This document shows positions 27,199 to 38,717 of a stretch of DNA of 64,000 bases, piece by piece. The position numbers were made by a program, and so were the translations under genes. The notes under the pieces were generated by a model. It was not told the origin of the DNA. It did not search any database and saw nothing but the letters and a program-made list of their open reading frames with translations. Numbering within the stretch: position 1 is the first letter of the stretch; each line of letters opens with the position of its first letter. The DNA is from an uncultured delta proteobacterium (GTDB lineage: Bacteria > Myxococcota > Myxococcia > SLRQ01), in assembly GCA_963727485.1 (NCBI GenBank), contig CAVSGM010000002.1, positions 160,001 through 224,000 on the forward strand, written 5' to 3'.

Positions 27199-28128
27199 AT
27201 GCGCATCGTCGTCTCCGGCGGGGCGGGCTTCATCGGCTCGCACCTCACAGGCGCCCTCGTCGACCGGGGGCACGAGGTCACCGTCCTCGACAATCTCTCC
27301 AACGGCAAGCGGGAGCAGGTCCCCGCGGGCGCCGAGCTGGTGGTCGCCGACATCCGCAGCCCCGAGGCCGCCGCGGCGGTGGAGCGGGTGAAGCCCGAGG
27401 TACTCTTCCACCTCGCCGCCCAGATGGACGTCCGGCGCTCAGTGGCCGATCCCGTCTTCGACGCCGACGTGAACGTGAAGGGCACCCTGAACCTCCTGGA
27501 GGCCGCGGTGCGCGCCGGGACCCGCCGCGTGATCTTCGCCTCCACCGGCGGCGCCATCTACGGCGAGCAGGACGTCTTCCCGGCCACCGAGCGCCACCCC
27601 CACCGGCCGGTGAGCCCCTACGGGTGCTCCAAGGCCGCGGTGGAGACCTACCTCGGCTACTACCGGGCCGAGCACGGGCTCTCCTCGGTGGCGCTGCGCT
27701 TCGCCAACGTCTACGGGCCGAGGCAGGACCCCCACGGCGAGGCGGGCGTGGTGGCGATCTTCTGCGGGCGGCTCCTCGACGGCGAGACCTGCACCATCTT
27801 CGGCGACGGGGGCCAGACCCGGGACTACGTGTTCGTGGGCGACGTGGTGGCGGCGAACCTCGCGGCGCTGGACGCCGACGACCCGCCGGTGGCGGTGAAC
27901 GTGGGCACGGGCATCGAGACCGACGTGAACGCGCTCTACGCGCGGCTGGCCGAGGCCGCCGGGTCGGACGCCGAGGCCGAGCACGCCCCTGCGCGCCCCG
28001 GAGAGCAGCGGCGGTCGGTGATCGATCCGGGGCTGGGCAAGCAGGCCCTGGGCTGGAAGCCCGAGGTGAAGCTCGCCGACGGCCTCGCCCGGACCTTCGA
28101 GTGGTTCAAGGCGCAGGCTGCGGGGTAG
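27199..28128 (+). CDS. galE: NAD-dependent epimerase, UDP-glucose 4-epimerase-like
   Basis: GGAGFIG, HLAAQ, YGCSK (YxxxK), NVYGPRQDPHGEAGVV and RDYV. Confidence 0.8.
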   Translation: MRIVVSGGAGFIGSHLTGALVDRGHEVTVLDNLSNGKREQVPAGAELVVADIRSPEAAAAVERVKPEVLFHLAAQMDVRRSVADPVFDADVNVKGTLNLLEAAVRAGTRRVIFASTGGAIYGEQDVFPATERHPHRPVSPYGCSKAAVETYLGYYRAEHGLSSVALRFANVYGPRQDPHGEAGVVAIFCGRLLDGETCTIFGDGGQTRDYVFVGDVVAANLAALDADDPPVAVNVGTGIETDVNALYARLAEAAGSDAEAEHAPARPGEQRRSVIDPGLGKQALGWKPEVKLADGLARTFEWFKAQAAG

Positions 28129-28156
28129 GGCGCGCCCGGGACACCTGGCGCCCGGG

Positions 28157-28912
28157 TCACTGCCCGGTGTCCGCCTCGATCATCTGGTTCATGCGCCAGC
28201 CGAGGCGCTGGCGCTGCGCCTTGGTGAGGTCCTTGGACATCCCCCTGGGGCAGACGGCGTAGGCGTAGTGGATGGTGGGGCCGGTGTCGTGGGGGTCCAC
28301 GAACATGGCGCGGTCACACGGCTCCCAGCCGTCGGTCTCCAGCGCCGCCTTCTGCAGGGCCATGTTGGCCTGGTTCAGGACGCCTTGGTCGTTCCGGGAC
28401 ACCGCGCCGTAGACGAAGCAGGGGAACTCGGTGCAGTCCACGCTGGTGATCTCGCCGCCCCCCGCGCCGTCGAAGAGCGCCTGGACCTGCTTGCGGGCGT
28501 ACTTCGGGTCCCGGAACCTTCCCGGCGTCCCAGGCGGAGGCTTCACCGGCGTCCCCTCGTCCTCGGCCTGGACCGCCTTGGCCTCGGCGAGCTTCCAGGT
28601 GGTGTCGTGGAGCTGCTGGCCGGCCTTCCCGGCGCGGGCTTCGACGTCGGCGAGGGCCTGCCGGCAGGCGCGGAGGGCCTCGGCGTCGCCGGGATCCGCC
28701 GGCGGGGGAGCGTCCGCGGCGGGCCTTGAGGCCGCGGTCGGCCGGGGTGTGGGCGCGGCTGCGACAGGTCTGGTCGTCGGAGCGGGGGCGGGGGTGGCCG
28801 CCTGGGCGGCTCTCCGAGGTGGGCCCCCTCCGAGGGCAAGGACCACGAGCGCCCCGGCCACGCCCCCGAGGACGGCGCCGGCGGCGAACCCTCTCTTCGC
28901 GTTCCCATTCAT
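28157..28912 (-). CDS. Hypothetical membrane-anchored protein (paralog B)
   Basis: N-terminal Gly/Ala TM helix, Pro-rich linker, coiled coil and GGGEITSVDCTEFPC domain; clearly homologous to the adjacent gene. Confidence 0.75.
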   Translation of the reverse strand: MNGNAKRGFAAGAVLGGVAGALVVLALGGGPPRRAAQAATPAPAPTTRPVAAAPTPRPTAASRPAADAPPPADPGDAEALRACRQALADVEARAGKAGQQLHDTTWKLAEAKAVQAEDEGTPVKPPPGTPGRFRDPKYARKQVQALFDGAGGGEITSVDCTEFPCFVYGAVSRNDQGVLNQANMALQKAALETDGWEPCDRAMFVDPHDTGPTIHYAYAVCPRGMSKDLTKAQRQRLGWRMNQMIEADTGQ

Positions 28913-28916
28913 GTGG

Positions 28917-29657
28917 TCACTGCCCCAGGTTGGCCTTCAGCATCTCGTGGATGCGCCAGCTGACCCGCTGCTTCTCCGAGCTCGTCATGCCCTGGAAGTA
29001 CCCCTTGGGGCAGATGCCATACGCGTAGTGGGCGGTTGGCCTCTTCTCGCGGCCGCTGATCCACTCGCCGAGGCCACAGAGCCCCCACCCGTCGGTGTCC
29101 ATCGCTGCCCTGGCCAGGGCCCGGATCGTCTTCTCCCTCGCGCGGGACGTGTCACGAGAGACGTCGCCGTAGACCAGGCAGGGGAACTCGGTGCAGTCCA
29201 CCGAGGTGATCTGGCCGCCGCCCACGCCGTCAAAGAGGGCCTTGACCGCCTTCCGGGCGTACTTGGGATCCTTGAACCGCGCCGGCATGTCCGGCGGCGG
29301 CTTGGGCGGCGTCCCCTCGTCCTCGGCCTGGATCGCCTTGGCCTCGGCCAGCTTGCCGCTCGCCTGGTGGAGCTGCCCGTTGGCCTCGCCGGCCCGGGCC
29401 TCCGCGACCGCGAGGGCTTGCTGGCAGGCCCGGAGGGCGGCGTGCCGGTCCGGTTGGGCCGCGGGCTGCACGGCCACCGCGGGCTGGGCCGCCGAGGCAG
29501 GGTGGGGCGCCGGCGTCGCCGCGATCGGGGGCTTCGCGGCCACCGCGGGGCCGCCTCCCCGTGGCGCGCCCCCGACGAGGGCCCAGGCTACCAGCGCCCC
29601 GGCCGCCGCCCCGACGGCGGCCCCCAGGACGAACCCACCCTTCGTGGTCCCGGCCAT
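28917..29657 (-). CDS. Hypothetical membrane-anchored protein (paralog A)
   Basis: Same architecture as paralog B, sharing KLAEAKA.QAEDEGTP.KPP, RF.DPKYARK.V.ALFDG and ITSVDCTEFPC. Confidence 0.75.
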   Translation of the reverse strand: MAGTTKGGFVLGAAVGAAAGALVAWALVGGAPRGGGPAVAAKPPIAATPAPHPASAAQPAVAVQPAAQPDRHAALRACQQALAVAEARAGEANGQLHQASGKLAEAKAIQAEDEGTPPKPPPDMPARFKDPKYARKAVKALFDGVGGGQITSVDCTEFPCLVYGDVSRDTSRAREKTIRALARAAMDTDGWGLCGLGEWISGREKRPTAHYAYGICPKGYFQGMTSSEKQRVSWRIHEMLKANLGQ

Positions 29658-29781
29658 GCACGGGAGAATACCCCCGGGGACCTACGGGGTATAGCCCCTC
29701 CGCGACCCGCCCCAACCGCCCACCGCCACCCCAGCCCGGCCTTTCCGGCCCCCCCGCCTTCGTGATACCTCGCCGAGACCC

Positions 29782-31590
29782 ATGGCCGCCCGCCAGACCC
29801 ACATCCGGAACTTCGCCATCGTGGCCCACATCGACCACGGCAAGTCGACCCTCGCCGACCGGCTGCTGGAGCTCACCGGGACCATCACCGACCGGGAGAA
29901 GCAGAACCAGCTCCTCGACACCATGGACCTGGAGCGGGAGCGGGGGATCACCATCAAGGCCAACGCGGTGCGCATGTCGTACCAGGCCAAGGACGGCGAG
30001 ACCTACCTCCTGAACCTCATCGACACCCCGGGGCACGTGGACTTCGCCTACGAGGTGTCGCGGAGCCTCGCCGCCTGCGAGGGGGCGGTGCTCGTCGTCG
30101 ACGCCACCCAGGGCGTCGAGGCCCAGACCCTCGCCAACGCCTACCTCGCCGCCGACGCGGATCTCGAGCTGGTCCCGGTCATCAACAAGATCGACCTCCC
30201 GGCGGCGGACGTGGACTCGGCCCGGGCGGAGATCGAGGAGGTGGTGGGCATCGACGCCCACGACGCCCCGGCGGTCTCGGCCAAGGAGGGCACCAACGTC
30301 GGCGACGTCCTCGAGGCGGTGGTCCACATGGTGCCCCCGCCCAAGGGCGACCCCGACGCGCCCCTCAAGGCCCTCATCTTCGACTCCTGGTTCGACAGCT
30401 ACCGGGGGGTCATCTGCCTGGTGCGCGTGTTCGAGGGCACCCTGAAGAAGGGCGACACCATCCGCCTCTGGTCCAACGGCGAGACCTTCGAGGTCCAGGA
30501 CCTGGCGGTGAAGGTGCCGTGGCCGAGGCCCATCGGCGAGCTCGGCGCCGGGGACGTGGGCCTGGTGATCGCCGGGATCAAGGACGTCCGCGACGCCAAG
30601 GTCGGCGACACCATGACCCTCGACGCGCGCCCCTGTGACCAGGCGTACCCGGGCTTCAAGGAGGTCCGCCCCATGGTCTTCTCCGGGATCTACCCGGTGG
30701 ACTCGGCGGACTACGAGGACCTGCGCGACGCCCTGGAGAAGCTCTTCCTCAACGACTCCAGCTTCACCTACGAGCCCGAGGTCTCCGAGGCCCTCGGCTT
30801 CGGCTTCCGCTGCGGGTTCCTGGGCCTGCTCCACATGGAGATCGTCCAGGAGCGCCTGGAGCGCGAGTTCGGCCTCGCCCTCATCACCACCGCCCCCAGC
30901 GTGGTCTACCGGGTGCACCTCAAGACCGGCGAGGAGCTGGTCATCGACAACCCGGCGCGCCTCCCGGCGGCGGGAGACGTCGAGACCATCGAGGAGCCGA
31001 CGATCAACGCCCACATCCACGTGCCCCAGGAGTACGTGGGCTCGGTGATCAAGCTCTGCGAGGATCGCCGGGGGGTGCAGATGGGCATCAGCTACCCCTC
31101 GGTGCGCCACGTGCAGGTCGACTACCGCCTGCCGCTCGCCGAGGTGGTCCTCGACTTCTACGACCGCCTCAAGACCGTGAGCCGGGGCTACGCGTCCCTG
31201 GACTACGAGCCGGCGGAGTACCAGGCGGCGGACCTGGTGCGCCTCGACCTGCTCATCAACGGCGACCCGGTGGACGCCCTCTCGCTCATCGCCCACCGGG
31301 ACCGGGCCTTCAACCGGGGACGCGATCTCTGCGTGAAGATGAAGGAGGTCATCCCCCGGCAGATGTTCGACGTGGCCATCCAGGCCGCGCTGGGCACCCG
31401 GGTCGTGGCCCGGACCACGGTGAAGGCCTACCGGAAGAACGTCACCGCCAAGTGCTACGGCGGGGACATCAGCCGCAAGCGCAAGCTCCTGGAAAAACAG
31501 AAGGAAGGCAAGCGGCGGATGAAGCAGGTGGGCTCCGTGGAGATCCCCCAGGAGGCCTTCCTCGCCGTCCTCAAGATCGGCGAGGACTAG
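29782..31590 (+). CDS. lepA: Elongation factor 4 (LepA)
   Basis: [61 protein letters not shown] and IPQEAF. Confidence 0.98.
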   Translation: MAARQTHIRNFAIVAHIDHGKSTLADRLLELTGTITDREKQNQLLDTMDLERERGITIKANAVRMSYQAKDGETYLLNLIDTPGHVDFAYEVSRSLAACEGAVLVVDATQGVEAQTLANAYLAADADLELVPVINKIDLPAADVDSARAEIEEVVGIDAHDAPAVSAKEGTNVGDVLEAVVHMVPPPKGDPDAPLKALIFDSWFDSYRGVICLVRVFEGTLKKGDTIRLWSNGETFEVQDLAVKVPWPRPIGELGAGDVGLVIAGIKDVRDAKVGDTMTLDARPCDQAYPGFKEVRPMVFSGIYPVDSADYEDLRDALEKLFLNDSSFTYEPEVSEALGFGFRCGFLGLLHMEIVQERLEREFGLALITTAPSVVYRVHLKTGEELVIDNPARLPAAGDVETIEEPTINAHIHVPQEYVGSVIKLCEDRRGVQMGISYPSVRHVQVDYRLPLAEVVLDFYDRLKTVSRGYASLDYEPAEYQAADLVRLDLLINGDPVDALSLIAHRDRAFNRGRDLCVKMKEVIPRQMFDVAIQAALGTRVVARTTVKAYRKNVTAKCYGGDISRKRKLLEKQKEGKRRMKQVGSVEIPQEAFLAVLKIGED

Positions 31591-31652
31591 GGGCCCGGCG
31601 CGCCTCTGGGCTCCGTTGACGCTGCGCCCTGCGGGGGGTTAGAACCGGCGGG

Positions 31653-32120
31653 ATGGTCTTTCACCACGCCCGCCTTCGTCGACCCGATCCCCGCCAGGCG
31701 GGCAAGGTCAAGTTCCTCACCATCGTGCTCCTCGCGGCCGTGGTCGCCGGGGGCTACTTCCTCTACGTGTGGGGGCCGCTCGAGCTCGACAACTTCGACG
31801 TCAAAAAGTACTGCGAGCAGGCCCTCAACCAGACTTGGCGGTACAAGGACACCGATCACCCCCGGGCCAAGTTCCTCTCCCTGGTCGGGCGCATGGGCAC
31901 CCACCCCGAAGATCAGGGCGGCGAGACCGTGCAGGTGCCGAACATCAACCCCGACCCGGAAGACATGACCGTGCAGATCGACCAGTCGGTGACGCCTGCG
32001 GTGATCTCCATCGACGCCCGCTACGCCCGGACGGTGCCCCTCCCGGGCCTCAAGCGAGACCACACCTTCTGGTTCACGGCGCACTGCGAGCAGACCCTTC
32101 AGGGCGTGAGCTGGAAGTGA
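31653..32120 (+). CDS. Hypothetical single-pass membrane protein (DUF4845-like)
   Basis: Basic RQAG leader followed by a TM helix and a small extracytoplasmic domain with two Cys. TTGACG-N18-TAGAAC lies upstream. Confidence 0.55.
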   Translation: MVFHHARLRRPDPRQAGKVKFLTIVLLAAVVAGGYFLYVWGPLELDNFDVKKYCEQALNQTWRYKDTDHPRAKFLSLVGRMGTHPEDQGGETVQVPNINPDPEDMTVQIDQSVTPAVISIDARYARTVPLPGLKRDHTFWFTAHCEQTLQGVSWK

Positions 32121-32121
32121 C

Positions 32122-32672
32122 GTGACCCCCCCCCTCGTCGAGCGTCGACGTGCGATGGGCCCGGCCGACATCGACCGGGCCCTCGATGCGATCGCCGACG
32201 GCCTGGTCGCCGAGGCGGGCGGTCGGCCCCTGGCCCTGGTGGGCGTCCGGACCGGCGGCGTGCCCCTGGCAGAGCGCCTGGCGACGCGCGTCGAGGCCCT
32301 CACCGGCACCCGACCGCCCCTCGGCGTCCTCGACATCACCCTCTACCGGGACGACGTCTTCCGGGGCCTGGAGCAGCCCGAGGTCGGCCCCACCGACATC
32401 GCCTTCCCCGTCGGTGACCGGGTCCTTTGCCTCGTGGACGACGTGCTCTATACCGGGCGCACCGTGCGCGCCGCCCTCGACGAGCTCATGGACTTCGGTC
32501 GCCCGCGCCGGGTGCTCCTCGCGGTCCTGGTCGACCGCGGCGGCCGGGAGCTCCCCATCCAGGCCGAGCTCGTGGGCGAGGTCCTCGAGGTCGCCCCCGA
32601 CGAGTCGGTGCAGGTGCGCCTGAAGGAGACCCACGGCACCGACGAGGTGATGGTCCTCGGCGAGGAGGCGCG

Positions 32673-32676
<4 letters not shown>
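32122..32676 (+). CDS. pyrR: Bifunctional pyr regulator/uracil phosphoribosyltransferase
   Basis: LDITLYRDD, LVDDVLYTGRT.RAALD and DRGGRELPI. Confidence 0.95.
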
Positions 32677-33635
<959 letters not shown>

Positions 33636-33638
33636 GTC

Positions 33639-34934
33639 ATGGCGCGGCGACTGGTGATCAAGGGCGGCCGGATCCTGGACCCGGCGACGGGCCTCGACGA
33701 GGTGCGCTGCCTGGTGGTCGAGGACGGGCGCGTCGCCGGGATGCCCAAGCGCGCGCCCACGAACAAGACCGCGACCACCGTCGACGCCCGGGGGCTTTGG
33801 GTGCTCCCAGGCCTCGTCGACCTCCACGTCCACCTCCGGGAGCCCGGCCACGAGTACAAGGAGACGGTGGCCACCGGGGCCCGGGCGGCGGTGGCGGGCG
33901 GGTTCACCACCATCGTGGCCATGCCCAACACCCACCCGGTGAACGACTCGGTGGCGGTGACGCGCCTCGTCCTCGACCGGGCCCGGGAGGCGGGGCTCGC
34001 CCGCGTGTTCCCCGCCGGCGCCATCACCCGGGGCCTCGAGGGCGAGCACCTCTCGGAGATGGCCGATCTCCTCGGCGCCGGCTGCGTCCTGTTCACCGAC
34101 GATGGTCGGCCGGTGATGCGCACCAGCCTCATGCGCCGGGCCCTCGAGTACGCGAAGGGCCTCGAGGTGCCGGTGATGGTCCACGAGGAGGACCTCACCC
34201 TCTCCAGCGGCGGCGCCATGCACGAGGGGCCCATGGCCACGCGCCTGGGGCTCCCCGGGATTCCCGCCGCCGCCGAGGACGTGATGATCGCCCGGGACGT
34301 CTCCCTGGTGGAGCTCACCGGGGCCCACCTCCACGTGGCCCACGTCTCCACCGCCGGCGGGGTGGGGCGGGTGCGCGAGGCGAAGGCCCGGGGGCTGCCG
34401 GTGACCTGCGAGGTCACGCCCCACCACTTCACCCTCATCGACGAGGCGGTGGCGGGCTACGACACCGACACCAAGATGATGCCGCCCCTCCGGGGCGCGG
34501 CCAATCGCGAGGCCCTCCTCGCGGCCATGGCCGATGGCACCGTGGACGCCATCGCCACCGACCACGCCCCCCACAGCCCGGTGGAGAAGGACGTGGAGTA
34601 CGACCGGGCGGCCAACGGGGTGGTGGGCCTGGAGACCGCCTTCTCCCTCACCCTGAAGCTGGTCCGCGACGGGCGGCTCCCGCTGATGCGGGCGCTCCAC
34701 CTGCTCACCGCCGGCCCCGCCGCGGTGGCGGGCCTCGACGCCGGGACCCTGGCCGTGGGCGCCCCCGCCGACCTGATCCTCGTCGACCCTGAGGCGAGCT
34801 GGGTGGTGGACCCCGCCCGGTTCTTCTCCAAGAGCCGCAACACGCCCTTCAAGGGCATGACCCTCCCCGGTCGCGTGGAGCGCACCTATGTCGGGGGGAA
34901 GCTGGTGCACCGTCACCAGGAGGCGCGCCGATGA
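33639..34934 (+). CDS. pyrC: Dihydroorotase
   Basis: [27 protein letters not shown] and SKSRNTPF. Confidence 0.96.
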   Translation: MARRLVIKGGRILDPATGLDEVRCLVVEDGRVAGMPKRAPTNKTATTVDARGLWVLPGLVDLHVHLREPGHEYKETVATGARAAVAGGFTTIVAMPNTHPVNDSVAVTRLVLDRAREAGLARVFPAGAITRGLEGEHLSEMADLLGAGCVLFTDDGRPVMRTSLMRRALEYAKGLEVPVMVHEEDLTLSSGGAMHEGPMATRLGLPGIPAAAEDVMIARDVSLVELTGAHLHVAHVSTAGGVGRVREAKARGLPVTCEVTPHHFTLIDEAVAGYDTDTKMMPPLRGAANREALLAAMADGTVDAIATDHAPHSPVEKDVEYDRAANGVVGLETAFSLTLKLVRDGRLPLMRALHLLTAGPAAVAGLDAGTLAVGAPADLILVDPEASWVVDPARFFSKSRNTPFKGMTLPGRVERTYVGGKLVHRHQEARR

Positions 34935-36065
34935 GTCGCACCCGGGCGATCCTCGCCCTCGCCGACGGGCTCACCTTCGAGGGCGAGTCGGTGGGCGCCA
35001 CCGGCGAGGCCGTGGGCGAGGTGGTGTTCAACACCGCCCTCACCGGCTACCAGGAGATCCTCACCGACCCCTCCTACGCCGGGCAGATGGTCTGCCTCAC
35101 CTACCCCGAGATCGGCAACTACGGCACCAGCCCCGACGACGGGGAGGCGGCGCGGCCGTTTGCCACCGGGCTCATCGTCCGGGAGGCCAACGCGCCGTCG
35201 TCGTGGCGCTCGGAGCAGGATCTCCACGGCTGGCTCGCCGACCGCGGGGTGGTGGGCATCGCCGGCATCGACACCCGGATGCTGGTCCGCCACCTCACCC
35301 ACCACGGCGCCCAGATGGGGATCCTCTCCACCGAGCCCGGGGCCGACGCCGACGCGCTGGTGGCCCGGGCCCGGGCGCTCCCGGGCATGGAGGGGCGCGA
35401 CCTCGCCTCCGAGGTCACCTGCGCCGAGACCTACCGCTGGGACGGGGGCGGCGTCCCGGGCCTCGACGGCCTCGTCGAGGAGGTGCAGCCGGACGGCGGC
35501 CGCTACCGGGTGGTCGCCTACGACTTCGGGATCAAGCGCAGCATCCTCGGCCTCCTCCACGAGGCGGGCTGCGAGGTCACGGTGGTCCCGGCCCACACCT
35601 CCGCCGAGGACGTCCTCGCCCTGGCGCCGGAGGGGGTCTTCCTCTCCAACGGCCCCGGGGATCCGGCGGCGGTCCCCGGCGCCGGCGAGCGGACCGCCCG
35701 GCTCCTCGGGCGGCTGCCGGTCTTCGGCATCTGCCTGGGCTGCCAGAATCCTCGGCCTGGCCGCCGGGGGGCGCACCTACAAGCTGGGGTTCGGGCACCA
35801 CGGCGCCAACCACCCGGTCAAGGACCTGGCCACCGGACGGGTGGAGATCGCCAGCCAGAACCACGGCTTCGCCCTCGACATCGAGGGCCTCGGTGACCGG
35901 GCCGAGGTCACCCACGTGAACCTCAACGACCAGACCCTCGAGGGCCTGGCCCTCCCCGACCTCGACGCCTTCGCGGTGCAGTACCATCCCGAGGCGGCGC
36001 CCGGGCCCCACGACTCCCGCTACCTCTTCCAGCGCTTCACCGAGGCCATGGCCCGTCGCCGCTGA
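34931..36065 (+). CDS. carA: Carbamoyl-phosphate synthase small subunit (+1 indel near 35748, probably an assembly error)
   Basis: GEVVFNT..TGYQE.LTDPSY, SNGPGDP and GICLG in frame 34931; [16 protein letters not shown] and QYHPEA in frame 35160. Confidence 0.95.
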
Positions 36066-36140
36066 CCGGCCACCGCCGGAACCGGCCGACGCGCTATACT
36101 CACCACCGGACGCGCAATCCCGCCGTCGCCGCCGCCGCCC

Positions 36141-36800
36141 ATGTACGACGCGCACCTCGAACGGTTGGCAAGCTGGGCCACCTCTCCGCGCTTCGAGGCG
36201 GAGGTCGCTGCTGCCCGCGAGACCTTCTTCGCCGGGACCGGCGTGGTCCACGAGGACGACCGCTCCTTCGAGGCGCGGATGTCCGCGCTCTCCGAGTACT
36301 ACCTCCTCGACCGGCCGCTGGCCGCCGACGGCGCCGGACGAACCCCGGCCCGGCTCTTCCTCGACGAGTCCGGCGACGCCCTGGAGCCCGAGGCCCGCAC
36401 GGCCCTGGAGGGCCTCACCCGGACCCACTCGGGGCTCTTCGAGATCCGCAAGCTCAAGGATGGGCTGGTGCTGGTCCAGGACGTCTTCGAGGGCGGTCGG
36501 CACGAGGTCCGCGAGCGCCGGCGCCTCGCGGGCCTGGAGAAGGGGGACCTGGTGCAGACGCGCCTGGTGCCCTTCGAGGATGGCGTCCTCTTCGGGCGGG
36601 CCTTCGTCTTCCATCCACGCCCCGCGCGTCGCCTCATCCTCAAGGCGGTGAAGCGCCGGCGGAAGGCCGGGGAGCTGGAGGACCTCGCGGCGCGGCAGGC
36701 GCTCCTCTGGCGCCTCGCCCACCTGGCCCTGGCCCACGAGCGGCAGCAGGCGAACAACCGGACGCCGCCGCCGGTCGAGCGCATCTACGGCGAGATCTGA
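36141..36800 (+). CDS. Hypothetical protein
   Basis: Globular-looking 219-aa ORF with host codon usage and TATACT -10 at 36095. No function recognised. Confidence 0.7.
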   Translation: MYDAHLERLASWATSPRFEAEVAAARETFFAGTGVVHEDDRSFEARMSALSEYYLLDRPLAADGAGRTPARLFLDESGDALEPEARTALEGLTRTHSGLFEIRKLKDGLVLVQDVFEGGRHEVRERRRLAGLEKGDLVQTRLVPFEDGVLFGRAFVFHPRPARRLILKAVKRRRKAGELEDLAARQALLWRLAHLALAHERQQANNRTPPPVERIYGEI

Positions 36801-36855
36801 GGGCGCCCAGCGGGCGACCGGCAGGGTGGGGCACGCCGGACTACCGAGATGACGA

Positions 36856-36877
36856 CGGCCGCCCCGAGGGGCGGCCG
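36856..36877. terminator. Perfect hairpin between convergent genes
   Basis: CGGCCGCCCC-GA-GGGGCGGCCG, with no U-tract. Confidence 0.4.
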
Positions 36878-36918
36878 CCTGGAGGCGCCACGGAGGCGCC
36901 AGGAGCCTGCGGATGGGG

Positions 36919-37440
36919 CTACTTGCCCGCAGGCGGTGTCGCCGGAGCACCCGGGGCTGCGGGCGCACCAGGGGCCGCCGGGGCCCCCGGTGCGGGCTGG
37001 GCCCCGCCGGGCATCAGCGCCGGATCCTCGGGGGGATCGGTGACCATGCCCAGGGTCGCCACTCCGTTTCCCCGGGCCAGGTCGAGGACGTGCATCACCT
37101 GGTCGTAGGGGACCGCGTCGCCGGCGTTGAAGAAGGCGAGGTGATCGGGCACCCCGGCCATCACCGCCGCGAGGCGATCGGGGAAGTCCTGGAGCGTGAC
37201 CTGCTCCTGGTTGATGTAGAGGCGCCCGTCCTTGAACAGGCGGATCACCACCTGGTTCTGCGGGGGCTGGTCGACCTGCTGCTGGTCGTCATCGTTGCTC
37301 GGCACCCGGACCGCCAGCTCCTTCTCGAGGAGCGGGGTGAGCACCATGAAGATGATCAGGAGGACGAGGACGATGTCGACCAACGGGGTGACGTTGATGT
37401 CGCTGCGGGGACCGCCCGAGTTGCCAGTGCTCATCGCCAT
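36919..37440 (-). CDS. exbD: ExbD/TolR family protein
   Basis: SDINVTPLVDIVLVLLIIFMV TM motif with the conserved Asp. Confidence 0.92.
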   Translation of the reverse strand: MAMSTGNSGGPRSDINVTPLVDIVLVLLIIFMVLTPLLEKELAVRVPSNDDDQQQVDQPPQNQVVIRLFKDGRLYINQEQVTLQDFPDRLAAVMAGVPDHLAFFNAGDAVPYDQVMHVLDLARGNGVATLGMVTDPPEDPALMPGGAQPAPGAPAAPGAPAAPGAPATPPAGK

Positions 37441-37450
37441 GGGTGGTTCC

Positions 37451-37900
37451 TCACTTGTCCTCGCCGCCGCCGTGACCCTTGATCTGGGAGGCGGCCAGGC
37501 TCGCGCCTTGGATGTTGTCCTCTTCCAGGGCCTTGAGCAGCTCGCGGACCTTCTTGTACTCGACGCGCTTGTCGCCCTTGACCATGATCGGCCGGGCGGG
37601 GTTCTGCCGGTGGGCGAGATCGACCCGGGCCGCGAGCTGGTCGACGGTCAGCTTGTCCTTGTCGATCCAGTAGGTGCCGTCGGACTTCACGGCGAGGACG
37701 ATGGGCTCGACGGGCTTCTCCCCCTGCTTGGTGTGCCGCGCCGCGAGGTGCTTGGCCTTGGGCAGCTCGACGTGCTGACCCTTCTGCAGCATCGGTGTGA
37801 TCACCATGAAGATGATGAGCAGCACCAGGCACACGTCGACCAGAGGGGTCACGTTGATGTCGCTGCGGACGCCGCCGCCGCCGCCGGTTGCCATTCCCAT
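37451..37900 (-). CDS. exbD: ExbD/TolR family protein
   Basis: SDINVTPLVDVCLVLLIIFMVITP, VELPKA and KGDKRVEY. Confidence 0.92.
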   Translation of the reverse strand: MGMATGGGGGVRSDINVTPLVDVCLVLLIIFMVITPMLQKGQHVELPKAKHLAARHTKQGEKPVEPIVLAVKSDGTYWIDKDKLTVDQLAARVDLAHRQNPARPIMVKGDKRVEYKKVRELLKALEEDNIQGASLAASQIKGHGGGEDK

Positions 37901-37925
37901 GGTTCGAATCTCCCGGTGAGGTGGA

Positions 37926-38663
37926 TCAGCCCTGGGCGGCAGCCTTGGGGGCGGCCGGGGACGCAGCCGCGGCCTTGGAGGCGGGGGCGCCCGTGCCCGT
38001 GCCGGCCGAGTCGGGCCGCCGGTCGAGGTAGTCGGCGAGCTCGCCGGTGGCCTCCTGCATGTCCACGGTGGCCATCTCGGTGCGGCCCACCAGGAAGTTG
38101 AAGAAGATCACCGCGGGGATGGCGACGATGAGGCCGAAGGCGGTGTTGAGGAGCGCCTCGCCGATGGACGACGCCACGGTGGCGAAGCCGCCGCCGCCGG
38201 TCGCCGCCATCCGGGTGAAGGCGTCGACGATGCCCATGACGGTGCCGAGGAGGCCGACGAAGGGGGCGGTGGAGCCGACCGTACCCAGCACGCCCTGGCC
38301 GCGCTTGAGGCGCTGCACGCCGCGGAGGGTGGCGCGCTCCATGGCGTTGCGGGTGTGGTGCAGCCGCTCCTCGTGGCCGAGCTTGTCGGGCTTGAGCCAC
38401 TCCTTGAGGCCGGACTCGACCAGGTTGCCCAGGTAGGAGTTGGTCTCCGAGGCCTGCTTGAAGGCCTCCTTCACGCGGCCGGCCGACAGGTGCCCCGCGA
38501 GGTCGGCGGCGAAGCGCCGGGAGCGGCTCCGCTGGAGGAAGAAGGTCAGCGAGCGCTCGATGATCGCGCCGATCGACCAGATGCTCATGGTCGCCAGGGT
38601 CACGGTGACCAGGCGGCCGATGAAGCCCATTTCCTGCCAGATGCTAACGATATTGAATTGCAT
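37926..38663 (-). CDS. exbB: MotA/TolQ/ExbB proton channel
   Basis: STAPFVGLLGTVMGI and EALLNTAFGLIVAIPA. Confidence 0.92.
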   Translation of the reverse strand: MQFNIVSIWQEMGFIGRLVTVTLATMSIWSIGAIIERSLTFFLQRSRSRRFAADLAGHLSAGRVKEAFKQASETNSYLGNLVESGLKEWLKPDKLGHEERLHHTRNAMERATLRGVQRLKRGQGVLGTVGSTAPFVGLLGTVMGIVDAFTRMAATGGGGFATVASSIGEALLNTAFGLIVAIPAVIFFNFLVGRTEMATVDMQEATGELADYLDRRPDSAGTGTGAPASKAAAASPAAPKAAAQG

Positions 38664-38717
38664 GCTTGTCCTCGTTGCGGCGGCCTGGGGGGATGGCTCG
38701 GCCGGCCGGCACGTTGG

